Below, one piece after another: positions 29,004 through 37,448 of a stretch of DNA of 62,904 nucleotides. The stretch lies in contig PIVL01000001.1 of the NCBI GenBank assembly GCA_003354145.1, positions 1 to 62,904 of the forward strand, given 5' to 3'. Numbering within the stretch: the stretch's first letter is position 1; every line of letters starts with the position of its first letter. This DNA is from Paracoccaceae bacterium (GTDB lineage Bacteria; Pseudomonadota; Alphaproteobacteria; Rhodobacterales; Rhodobacteraceae). A model generated the notes under the pieces. It was not told the DNA's origin and did not search any database. It worked only from the letters and a program-made list of their open reading frames with translations. The position numbers were made by a program, and so were the translations under genes.

Positions 29004-29186
29004 ATGAAAAAACTCGTTCTCGCAGCCGCTCTGTCGGCAGCAGCTACAACTGGTACAGCAGGCAACTTGGCAGAGCCAGTGGTTGAACCGGTAGTCGTCA
29101 TCGAAGAAACAAAAGGCACTTCTTCTGGCATCATTCTGCCGTTGATTCTGCTGGTTGTTATTGCCGCCGCTATCGGCTCCAGCTAA
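29004..29186 (+). CDS. small exported/anchored protein (60 aa), unknown function
   Basis: The ATG at 29004 is preceded by GGAGG. The product has an N-terminal signal-like segment MKKLVLAAALSAAA and a C-terminal hydrophobic helix GIILPLILLVVIAAAIG. A terminator hairpin follows. Confidence 0.6.
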   Translation: MKKLVLAAALSAAATTGTAGNLAEPVVEPVVVIEETKGTSSGIILPLILLVVIAAAIGSS

Positions 29187-29208
29187 TAGTCTTTTCGACT
29201 TTAAGATT

Positions 29209-29240
29209 AAGAGGCGGTGGGTTTTCCTGCCGCCTTTTTT
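29209..29240. terminator. candidate bidirectional intrinsic terminator between the small ORF and hemH
   Basis: GAGGCGG...CCGCC hairpin followed by TTTTTT on the + strand. It lies between convergent genes. Confidence 0.55.
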
Positions 29241-29258
29241 CGTTTTCACCGATTTGGT

Positions 29259-30278
29259 TCAGCTGATCCAGCCGGTCAGGTTTTGCGCAATCACCGCCGT
29301 GAGCGCCCTGACATGTGCATCGTCGTCATTCAGGCACGGGATGTAGGTAAACACCTTTCCACCGGCCGCCTGAAAACTATGTTTTATCTCTTCGTTAATC
29401 TCTTCGAGCGTTTCGATGCAGTCGGCGGAAAATGCCGGGGCACAGACGGCGATATTGGTTTTCCCTGATTCGGCCAAACGAGCGACTTCTTCGACGGTAT
29501 AGGGTTTGACCCATTCCTCGGGGCCAAATTTGGATTGAAATGTCGACACGATGTCGGCGTCGGTCCATCCAAGCCGATCACGCAGCAGTTCTGTGGTTTT
29601 GCGGCATTGGTCGACATAGGGGTCGCCCTGCGTGACGTAACGTTCGGGCACGCCATGATAGGAACAGACCAGAATGTCAGGTTTGGTTTCCAGCGCGGCA
29701 TAGCTGCGTTCAACGGACTGGGCCAGGGCGTCGATGTAAAGCGGCTGATCGTAGTAGGGTTCGATCGTACGCGCCGCTGGTTGCCAGGTTTCCTGCATCA
29801 AAGCCTTGAAAAACGCGTCGTTGGCGGTGGCTGACGTGGCTCCGGCGTATTGCGGATAAAGCGGGACAAACAGGATTTTCTGACAGCCCGCGGCGATCAT
29901 CTTTTGCACTTTGGAATGGGTCGACGGATTGCCATAGCGCATACAGAAATCAACCATCACCTGGTCACCATATTGCGCCTGCATAGCGTCGGCGATTTTA
30001 GCTGTTTGCTGTTTGGTGATGGTCAGCAACGGGCTTTCGTCGGCTTCGTTGTTCCAGATCGACTTATAGGCTTTGCCACTGGAAAACGGACGTTTGGTCA
30101 GCACGATCAATTGCAGAATGGGTTGCCATTTCCAGCTGGGATAGTCGATCACACGCTTATCTGACAGGAATTCCCCAAGATATCGGCGCATGGACCAGTA
30201 ATCATGGCCATCCGGTGTACCCAGATTGGCTAGTAAGATGCCGATTTTGTCCGGTGATGTGTCTGCGATGTCTGGCAT
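29259..30278 (-). CDS. hemH: ferrochelatase
   Basis: 339 aa ORF with the typical N-terminal GILLANLGTPD block and conserved LFVPLYPQY, and a family-consistent C-terminal region. Confidence 0.93.
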   Translation of the reverse strand: MPDIADTSPDKIGILLANLGTPDGHDYWSMRRYLGEFLSDKRVIDYPSWKWQPILQLIVLTKRPFSSGKAYKSIWNNEADESPLLTITKQQTAKIADAMQAQYGDQVMVDFCMRYGNPSTHSKVQKMIAAGCQKILFVPLYPQYAGATSATANDAFFKALMQETWQPAARTIEPYYDQPLYIDALAQSVERSYAALETKPDILVCSYHGVPERYVTQGDPYVDQCRKTTELLRDRLGWTDADIVSTFQSKFGPEEWVKPYTVEEVARLAESGKTNIAVCAPAFSADCIETLEEINEEIKHSFQAAGGKVFTYIPCLNDDDAHVRALTAVIAQNLTGWIS

Positions 30279-30332
30279 TTCAGTGTCCTGAGGGCTGGGT
30301 CAGTGCAGCAGATAAAGATTTAGCCTGCGACG

Positions 30333-31151
30333 TCAATCCGGCAGCTTGGTTTCAGGGGTGCCCAACGCGTCGGCCAACCGGGCCTGTGCTGATCCCGGGC
30401 GCAAAGGTTTGGGCTGGCTGTCTGAAGGTGCCCAGCCTGTTAGTGTTATAATATCAAACGTCGCCGGGATGCGTCCCGCGTCATTGGCGTAGTGAGTTTT
30501 GTAAAGACAAGCAGCGGCGTCAAACACAGCAGGTTTTGTCGGGTGACGCAGACGAGCGGACATCACGTTGGTTTCACCCATCATTCGTAAATCATGCATC
30601 AAATGGGTCAGATCGCGGTATTCTGCGGTCAAAGTGTTGCCATCCGCCACCGGCAGCGCCAGTCCGGCGCGCTGTATCAATGCGCCCAGATCGCGGATAT
30701 CGCCCATTGGGGCAACGCGCGGAGACAGGCCTCCGGTAACCTGACTTTCGGCCTCGGCCAGTACCGAGCGTAGCTCGTTCAGGGTTTGGCCTCCTAAAAG
30801 GACGCCCAAAAACAACCCATCCTCACACAATGCGCGGCGACATTGAATTAACTGTCCAACAGGATCATTGGCCCAATGCAGGCACATGGCGTGGATCACC
30901 AGATCAAACGAATTGGCCGCAAGGGGCAGCGTGTCGTGGTCCGGTACAATGACAGCGTTCGGAAAGGCTTTTGACCACAGGTCGGGGAACGGAGTTACGA
31001 CAGCCACCGACGTAAACGCCCTGTTAACCAAGCTTATGCGATCTTTGGCCTCATCCAGAGCGGCGTGATGCAGAAACATGGCCTCCGGCGTCGCGCGGGC
31101 GCGATGGGTGGTCAGGGCAGATCTGTCAAACAATAGGGGCGCTGTGATCAT
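30333..31151 (-). CDS. methyltransferase-fold protein (NDUFAF5-like family commonly found divergent from comF in alphaproteobacteria)
   Basis: 272 aa ORF with post-motif blocks FDLVIHAMCLHWANDP and LCEDGLFLG. The canonical GxGxG motif I position reads VAVVTPFPD. Confidence 0.6.
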   Translation of the reverse strand: MITAPLLFDRSALTTHRARATPEAMFLHHAALDEAKDRISLVNRAFTSVAVVTPFPDLWSKAFPNAVIVPDHDTLPLAANSFDLVIHAMCLHWANDPVGQLIQCRRALCEDGLFLGVLLGGQTLNELRSVLAEAESQVTGGLSPRVAPMGDIRDLGALIQRAGLALPVADGNTLTAEYRDLTHLMHDLRMMGETNVMSARLRHPTKPAVFDAAACLYKTHYANDAGRIPATFDIITLTGWAPSDSQPKPLRPGSAQARLADALGTPETKLPD

Positions 31152-31168
31152 GACGGCTCAATAATCGG

Positions 31169-31897
31169 ATGTTGCAGAGGATTCAAACCGCTGTTGAACT
31201 TTTGTATCCGCCCCGCTGTTTGGGTTGCGGTGTAATGGTTGATACCGACTTTGGTCTATGTGGCCCTTGTTGGCGCGATACCCCGTTTGTTGGTGGACTG
31301 GTGTGTGAGGCCTGCGGTACGCCGCTGCAAGGCGGCCATGACGGGCACCGTATTGAATGCGACGATTGTATGAAAACCCCACGACCTTGGCAGGCAGGGC
31401 GGTCCGCATTGATATACAAGGACCGCGCGCGGCAGATGGTTTTGGCTTTGAAACACGGGGATCGGACAGAAATCGCCCGACCAGCGGCGCTTTGGATGGG
31501 GCGGGCAGCGCGAGAGCTGGTTCAGGACAATATGCTGATTGTACCGGTACCGCTGCATTGGACGCGACTTATCAAGCGACGGTATAACCAGTCGGCTTTG
31601 CTGGCGACGGGATTGGCGCAGGAACTGGGGCTGGCGTGTTGCCCTGATGTGTTGGTGCGGTTGCGACGCACCGGGATGCTGGACGGTAAATCTGTCGCTG
31701 AACGGTTTGCTGCTCTTGCCGGTGCGATTACTGTGAACAGAAAACGACGGCACCGCATCACGGCGCGTCCGGTGTTGCTGGTGGATGATGTGATGACGTC
31801 GGGGGCAACTTTGGCGGCGTGTACTGAGGCCTTGAAAACCGCCGGATCACGCGAGATTTACACATTGACACTGGCGCGCGTTGCAAAGGATGCCTAA
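31169..31897 (+). CDS. ComF family protein (phosphoribosyltransferase fold)
   Basis: 242 aa ORF with N-terminal Cys pairs (CLGC, CGPC, CEAC) and PRTase motif VLLVDDVMTSGATL. Confidence 0.88.
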   Translation: MLQRIQTAVELLYPPRCLGCGVMVDTDFGLCGPCWRDTPFVGGLVCEACGTPLQGGHDGHRIECDDCMKTPRPWQAGRSALIYKDRARQMVLALKHGDRTEIARPAALWMGRAARELVQDNMLIVPVPLHWTRLIKRRYNQSALLATGLAQELGLACCPDVLVRLRRTGMLDGKSVAERFAALAGAITVNRKRRHRITARPVLLVDDVMTSGATLAACTEALKTAGSREIYTLTLARVAKDA

Positions 31898-31934
31898 ATC
31901 CCCGATGAATAGGACGAACTAGGGGATTACCAGA

Positions 31935-32192
31935 ATGCAACCTGTCGAGATATATACGTCGCCCTTGTGCGGATTCTGTCATGCAGCCAAGCGCTTGCTG
32001 AAACAGAAGGGCATAAATTTTTCCGAGATTAATGTGCTTACCGATCCGGGACGTAAACCGGAGATGATCCAGCGCGCCAATGGCGGACGCACCGTACCGC
32101 AGATATTTATCGGCGAGACGCATGTGGGCGGCTGTGACGAACTATTTGCGCTTGAAAGGGCAGGTCAATTGGACCCTTTGCTGACCGTCTGA
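31935..32192 (+). CDS. grxC: glutaredoxin 3
   Basis: 85 aa ORF with active site CGFC and the TVPQIFI...GGCDEL motif. Confidence 0.93.
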   Translation: MQPVEIYTSPLCGFCHAAKRLLKQKGINFSEINVLTDPGRKPEMIQRANGGRTVPQIFIGETHVGGCDELFALERAGQLDPLLTV

Positions 32193-33025
32193 TGAAAACG
32201 GCGCTTATTCAGCTATGTTCGGGCGATGATCCGCAAGCGAACCTTGCGGTGACATCCGAGTTTGTGGCCGAAGCAGCGGGGCAAGGTGCCGAGTTTGTCC
32301 TGACGCCGGAAGTGACCAACATTATTTCCGGCAGTAGAACCCATCAGCAAGACGTACTGCAACATCAGGATGACGATCTGACCCTGGCCGGATTGCGCGC
32401 GCAGGCGGCGGATTTGGGCATTTGGCTGTCGATCGGGTCTTTGGCGCTTAAAACGAATGATGCAGACGGGCGCTTTGCCAATCGCAGTTTTCTGATCGCA
32501 CCTGATGGATCAATCAAGGCGTGGTACGACAAAATCCATATGTTCGATGTTCAGGTCACTCCTGAAGAAACTCATCGCGAATCTGCGGGCTATCGTCCAG
32601 GGAAGCGCGCGGTTGTGGCGGATACCTTGTTTGGACGCGTTGGGCTTAGCATTTGTTACGATGTGCGCTTTGGCTATTTGTATCGGTCACTGGCACAGGC
32701 GGGTGCTGAAATCCTGACCATTCCGGCCGCGTTTTCGCCAGCAACGGGCAAACATCACTGGCAACCTTTGCTACAGGCACGCGCAATTGAGACCGGATCA
32801 TATGTTCTGGCAGCGGCGCAAACCGGGACACATGCCACAACACGGGGACCGAAACGCCAAACTTATGGGCATTCGATGGCAATTTCGCCCTGGGGCGAGG
32901 TTTTGTTGGATGCTGGGACCGAACCGGGTATTCACATATTTGATATGGATGCTACAGCCGTTGCATCCGCGCGTCGCAAAGTCCCGGCGTTGACCCATGA
33001 TCGTAGATTCGATGGACCAGAATGA
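32192..33025 (+). CDS. carbon-nitrogen hydrolase (nitrilase superfamily) protein
   Basis: 277 aa ORF containing catalytic-triad context (PE..., K.HMFD, SICYDVRF). Confidence 0.88.
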   Translation: MKTALIQLCSGDDPQANLAVTSEFVAEAAGQGAEFVLTPEVTNIISGSRTHQQDVLQHQDDDLTLAGLRAQAADLGIWLSIGSLALKTNDADGRFANRSFLIAPDGSIKAWYDKIHMFDVQVTPEETHRESAGYRPGKRAVVADTLFGRVGLSICYDVRFGYLYRSLAQAGAEILTIPAAFSPATGKHHWQPLLQARAIETGSYVLAAAQTGTHATTRGPKRQTYGHSMAISPWGEVLLDAGTEPGIHIFDMDATAVASARRKVPALTHDRRFDGPE

Positions 33026-33465
33026 CCGACGATACCAATGCCTTGGCGGTGACGCTGTTCAGCGAGATTCTGACAGCTGACCAATTACTGCGTAACCGGC
33101 TAAGCCGGGTGCTGCCTAAAGGCATGGAGATTTCGCATTTCTCGGTACTGAACCATTTAAGTTCTATCGGAAATGAGCGCAGCCCCGCGCAACTGGCGTC
33201 GGCGTTTCATGTCACACGCGGAGCGATGACAAATACGCTGAATAAACTGAAATGGGCGGGGTATGTCCACATTCGGCCAGATTGGGATGATGCACGGCGT
33301 AAAATGGTGGCCCTAAGTCCGGCAGGTCGACAAGCCCGAAATCAGGCGATTTCTGCGATCACGCCGATGATCAATGAGGTGGTTGGGCATCTGGGCGAGG
33401 GCAAAGTGCGGTCTGTCTTGCCGGTTTTGCGGGAACTAAGGGTGCGGCTAGAGGATGAGAATTAG
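33022..33465 (+). CDS. MarR family transcriptional regulator
   Basis: 147 aa winged-helix protein (FSVLNHL..., [25 protein letters not shown]). ATGA overlap with the hydrolase gene. Confidence 0.8.
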   Translation: MTDDTNALAVTLFSEILTADQLLRNRLSRVLPKGMEISHFSVLNHLSSIGNERSPAQLASAFHVTRGAMTNTLNKLKWAGYVHIRPDWDDARRKMVALSPAGRQARNQAISAITPMINEVVGHLGEGKVRSVLPVLRELRVRLEDEN

Positions 33466-34217
33466 GGCTTTAGGCTTGCCGTAACATAGTTCACGCTCAG
33501 ATCGCGATCTGACAGGCTCCAGCTCCACAAGATCGGGTTGAACACAAACCCTTTGCGATCCACCGGAGTTAATCCGGCGTTGCTTAGCAATTCATACAAC
33601 TCGTCTGGCGTGATGAACTTGGCCCAATCATGGGTGCCACGCGGCAGCCAGCGCATCACCACTTCGGCCCCGACAATCGCAACCATGTAGGATTTTGGAT
33701 TGCGGTTGATCGTTGAACACAAATGCAGCCCGCCGGGTTTTAGCAATTCCTTGCATGCCGTCAAAAAGACCAGCGGATCGGCCACGTGTTCGACCACCTC
33801 CATGTTCAGCACTACATCAAACTGTTCACCGGCCTCGGCCAGCGCTTCGGCGGTGACATGGCGATAATCGATGTCCAACCCGGATTGCGCTGCATGAACT
33901 TGCGCCACCGGAATGTTGCCTTCAGCGGCATCCGCGCCGACAACATCTGCACCAAGACGCGCCATGGGTTCAGACAACAGGCCACCGCCGCAACCGATAT
34001 CAAGGATACGCAGTCCGGCAAACGGCTGCGAAGCGGTCAAATCAAGATCATATTCCCCGGCAATCTGAGTCGTCAGATAGTCAAGCCGACAGGGGTTCAG
34101 CATGTGCAAAGGTTTGAATTTCCCGGTCGGATCCCACCATTCGGCGGCCATAGCCTCGAATTTCGCGACTTCCTTTGGGTCCACTGTTGTCAGAGGTGCT
34201 TGCATTTCTGTCACCAT
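33462..34217 (-). CDS. ubiG: bifunctional 3-demethylubiquinol 3-O-methyltransferase UbiG
   Basis: Contains [18 protein letters not shown] motif [12 protein letters not shown] and C-terminal blocks. Start taken at ATG 34217 (34205 is also possible); the ORF track extends to 34262. Confidence 0.9.
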   Translation of the reverse strand: MVTEMQAPLTTVDPKEVAKFEAMAAEWWDPTGKFKPLHMLNPCRLDYLTTQIAGEYDLDLTASQPFAGLRILDIGCGGGLLSEPMARLGADVVGADAAEGNIPVAQVHAAQSGLDIDYRHVTAEALAEAGEQFDVVLNMEVVEHVADPLVFLTACKELLKPGGLHLCSTINRNPKSYMVAIVGAEVVMRWLPRGTHDWAKFITPDELYELLSNAGLTPVDRKGFVFNPILWSWSLSDRDLSVNYVTASLKP

Positions 34218-34254
34218 ATGCTTTTTTGGTCCTTGCATCCTATATAGGGCAGTA

Positions 34255-35235
34255 ATGGACAAGTACCCGGACCAAAAGCGCGCAGTGCAATATCTTCACC
34301 CGCCGATCGAACCTTTCGATCAGCGGATGCTGGATGTTGGGCAAGGCCATAAGATATATATGGAACAATGCGGCAATCCCAAAGGGATACCTGTTGTTGT
34401 CTTTCATGGTGGTCCGGGGGGCGGATGCAGCCCGGCCATGCGACGCTATTTTGATCCGAAAATCTATCGGGTGATTCTTTTTGACCAACGCGGCTGTGGA
34501 CGATCGCGGCCACATGCGTCGATTGATCACAATACGACTTGGCATCTGGTGGCGGATATCGAAAAAATCCGCGAGACACTGAATATTTCTGACTGGATGG
34601 TGTTTGGCGGCAGTTGGGGTGCTACGCTGGCGTTGATCTATGCTCAGGCCCACCCTGAACGCGTGAGCTATATAATTTTGCGCGGCGTGTTCCTGATGAC
34701 GCAAAGCGAACTTGATTGGTTCTATGGTGGAGGTGCCGGAAAATTCTGGCCGGAAACATGGGCGCGGTTTGTGTCGGTGATCCCGGATAACGAACGCGGT
34801 GATCTGATTGCCGCCTATAACAAACGTCTGTTCTCGGGCGATCTGGCGACAGAAACGCGCTATGGAAAGGCGTGGTCGGCATGGGAAAACGCGCTGGCGT
34901 CAATCCATTCAAATGGAAGCACCGGAGACAGCCACGGCCATTATGCAAGGGCATTTGCACGGCTTGAGAATCACTATTTTAGCCATGCCGGGTTTTTAGA
35001 GTTTGACGGTCAGATATTTGCCAATATGGGCCGTATTTCGCATATTCCCGGCGTCATCGTTCAGGGCCGTTATGACATGATCTGCCCACCAACATCAGCC
35101 TGGAGAATTTCCGAGCTGTGGCCGGCGAGCGAGCTGACGATGGTGCGCAACGCCGGGCATGCGCTATCAGAACCGGGAATCAGCGCCGAGCTGGTGCGGG
35201 TGATGAATGACATCGGTCACGAGGCGTTGAAATGA
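34255..35235 (+). CDS. pip: prolyl aminopeptidase (proline iminopeptidase)
   Basis: Homology starts at MDKYPDQKR... (ATG 34255). Contains HGGPGGG and the nucleophile elbow GGSWGATL. The ORF-track extension to 34102 overlaps ubiG. Confidence 0.9.
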   Translation: MDKYPDQKRAVQYLHPPIEPFDQRMLDVGQGHKIYMEQCGNPKGIPVVVFHGGPGGGCSPAMRRYFDPKIYRVILFDQRGCGRSRPHASIDHNTTWHLVADIEKIRETLNISDWMVFGGSWGATLALIYAQAHPERVSYIILRGVFLMTQSELDWFYGGGAGKFWPETWARFVSVIPDNERGDLIAAYNKRLFSGDLATETRYGKAWSAWENALASIHSNGSTGDSHGHYARAFARLENHYFSHAGFLEFDGQIFANMGRISHIPGVIVQGRYDMICPPTSAWRISELWPASELTMVRNAGHALSEPGISAELVRVMNDIGHEALK

Positions 35236-36041
35236 CCCGGATGGATCGCCGTGCCTTATTCACCTCTGGTGCTGCCGCGGCTTTGCTGGCGGCATCTGGC
35301 CTGTCTGCGGCGACTCCACGCTCGGGTGGTCGGTTACGGTTGGCCCTCCCGCGGGAGGGCGGTAGTTTCGATCAGGTCTGGCGTGGGGCGGTTTTTGACA
35401 CGCTGACCGAAGTTGCACCAAACGGGGTTTTGCGCGGCGAGCTGGCAACCGGATGGACCAGTAGCAGCGATGCCCGTGTTTGGAATTTTGAATTGCGTAA
35501 CGATGCGGTGTTCCATGATGGAACGTCAATTGATGCAAAAGATGTTGTGGCGTCATTGACTGGTGCAGAAACCGGTGTTGTTTGGGCCGAAGCAACAGAT
35601 TTGACCCATGTGCAGCTAGAGCTATCTGCGCCAAACCCGGATTTACCTTATCTGTTGGCCGATCCTGCTTTGGTCATGAAATCGAAGTCCGGTCAGGGCA
35701 CGGGTCTTTACCGAATTGAACGGCTTGAACATGGGCGGCATTTTCTGGGCCAAAGGGTCACGCAGCATTACAAGGATGGTCAGGCCGGATGGCTGGACAG
35801 CATCGAAATCATCGTAATCCCGGACTCCAATATTCGCGCCGAGGCTTTGCGTGACGGGTTTGTTGATGTGGCCGAACTGCCCGAACCCAAGGGCCTGCGC
35901 GGGCGGGGCGAATTCATCTACCACCCATCAAAGGACAACATGGCATTGGCTGCGCGTCCGGGTGTTGGCATGCCTAAGCTGATCGGCGCTCGTGGTCCGC
36001 TGGATGATGGACGTATCGGCGAACGCTGGTGGATCGACTAA
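35232..36041 (+). CDS. family-5 (peptide/nickel type) solute-binding-protein-like protein, short form with Tat signal
   Basis: 269 aa ORF with Tat-like signal MDRRALFTSGAAAALLAASG. N-terminal family-5 blocks are present (LATGWTSSSDARVWNFELRNDAVFHDGTSIDAKDVVASL, GTGLYRIE, IPDSNIRAEALRDGFVDVA). The protein is about half the usual ~500 aa length, and no permease or ATPase genes are adjacent. Confidence 0.6.
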   Translation: MTRMDRRALFTSGAAAALLAASGLSAATPRSGGRLRLALPREGGSFDQVWRGAVFDTLTEVAPNGVLRGELATGWTSSSDARVWNFELRNDAVFHDGTSIDAKDVVASLTGAETGVVWAEATDLTHVQLELSAPNPDLPYLLADPALVMKSKSGQGTGLYRIERLEHGRHFLGQRVTQHYKDGQAGWLDSIEIIVIPDSNIRAEALRDGFVDVAELPEPKGLRGRGEFIYHPSKDNMALAARPGVGMPKLIGARGPLDDGRIGERWWID

Positions 36042-36075
36042 AGCTGTTGTGCCTGTAGTTTAACGAGGAAAATGG

Positions 36076-36699
36076 ATGCGTACGAACAAATGGGTCTGGG
36101 ACTGGTTCGCCAAAGGCTATGCAAAAGCACCCGTTGCAGATGAAGCGGCCTATCAAGAAAAACTCGAAATAACGCGGACATATCTGACGCCAGATTCCAA
36201 AGTTCTGGAATTTGGATGTGGTACCGGATCGACAGCGTTGGCGCATGCACCTTATGTTGACCAAATCCGCGCCACTGATGTCTCTCGTAAAATGATTGCA
36301 ATCGCCCAATCCAAAGCGGACGCAAAGGGTGTTAACAACGTGTTGTTCGAGCAGGTAGATATTGAATCACTGGACGCACCGGACGGGTCGTTTGACATGG
36401 TCATGGGCCACAGCATCCTGCATCTGCTGGATGATAAAGAGGCCGTTCTGGCCCGTGTGCATGATCTGTTGAAACCGGGCGGCGTGTTTGTGTCGTCGAC
36501 CGTTTGTCTTGGGAATTCGTTTTGGTTCATCAAACCTTTTCTGATGGTTGGTCGGTTTATTGGCGTGCTGCCGTTGGTTCGGTTTTTAGATCAGGATGAC
36601 TTGGTCAAGAGCATTGAGGATGCCGGGTTTGAGATTGATCAGAACTTGGCTATGAGCCAAGAAAAAGTGGCGTTTATCGTCGCAAAGAAGGTCGCTTGA
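36076..36699 (+). CDS. class I SAM-dependent methyltransferase
   Basis: 207 aa ORF with motif I VLEFGCGTGS and a post-I acidic residue, followed by LKPGGVF. Confidence 0.8.
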   Translation: MRTNKWVWDWFAKGYAKAPVADEAAYQEKLEITRTYLTPDSKVLEFGCGTGSTALAHAPYVDQIRATDVSRKMIAIAQSKADAKGVNNVLFEQVDIESLDAPDGSFDMVMGHSILHLLDDKEAVLARVHDLLKPGGVFVSSTVCLGNSFWFIKPFLMVGRFIGVLPLVRFLDQDDLVKSIEDAGFEIDQNLAMSQEKVAFIVAKKVA

Positions 36700-36742
36700 C
36701 GGTGTAAACTCGGGCGGGATTGACCAATCCGGGTTTCACCCC

Positions 36743-36771
36743 TTGCAGACTCACCACTCCCGGTCTATATG
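36743..36771 (+). promoter_or_regulatory. candidate sigma70-type promoter of the rimP-nusA-infB operon
   Basis: TTGCAG (36743-36748), a 16-17 nt spacer, then CTATAT/TATATG (36765-36771). It lies about 100 nt upstream of the rimP ATG. Confidence 0.45.
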
Positions 36772-36824
36772 CACTTCAACAGCGGCGCGCTGGGGTCCAT
36801 ACCCAACGCCCACCGGACGCAAGT

Positions 36825-36848
36825 AACGGGCCGCGGGCCCGTTTTTTT
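36825..36848 (+). terminator. intrinsic-terminator-like hairpin in the rimP-nusA leader (candidate attenuator)
   Basis: AACGGGCC-GCG-GGCCCGTT (8-bp GC-rich stem), with the T-run 36842-36848 running from its 3' arm. It ends 22 nt before the rimP start codon and lies downstream of the candidate promoter. Confidence 0.6.
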
Positions 36849-36869
36849 GTGCTTACACAACAGAAGAAG

Positions 36870-37448
36870 ATGATGACAAACGACCTGATTGCAAAAGCAG
36901 CGATAGATCGGCGGATGGCCGAGATTATAACCCCGGTTCTTGAGGACATGGGTTATGAGCTGGTGCGCGTGCGTCTGATGTCTGGCAAATCATCAATCCT
37001 GCAGATCATGGCGGACAAGCCTAGCGGCGGTATCGAAGTTGATGATTGCGCCGAGATTTCGACGGCTGTCAGCGCTATTCTGGATGTCGAAGACCCGATT
37101 TTGGATGCCTATACGCTGGAAGTGTCCAGCCCCGGCATTGACCGCCCTCTGACCCGGCTCAAAGATTTTGAGACGTTTGAGGGCTATGAAGCCAAGATCG
37201 AAACGGATGAGCTGATCGACGGGCGTCGTCGGTTCAAAGGCGAACTGGCGGGTGTTGAGGGCAACGAAGTGCTGATTAACATCGCCGAAGGCACCATCGG
37301 ATTACAGTTTGACTGGCTTAGCGACGCCAAGCTGGTCCTGACCGATGACCTGATCACGGAAATGCTACGCCAGCGGAAAAATGCTGGCGTGCTGAACGAA
37401 GACAAATTTGACGAAATCAAGACTGAAGAGTCTGGGGAGAATACGTAA
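36870..37448 (+). CDS. rimP: ribosome maturation factor RimP
   Basis: Homology begins at [34 protein letters not shown] (ATG 36870 or 36873). The ORF-track extension to 36720 covers the promoter and leader. Confidence 0.9.
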   Translation: MMTNDLIAKAAIDRRMAEIITPVLEDMGYELVRVRLMSGKSSILQIMADKPSGGIEVDDCAEISTAVSAILDVEDPILDAYTLEVSSPGIDRPLTRLKDFETFEGYEAKIETDELIDGRRRFKGELAGVEGNEVLINIAEGTIGLQFDWLSDAKLVLTDDLITEMLRQRKNAGVLNEDKFDEIKTEESGENT

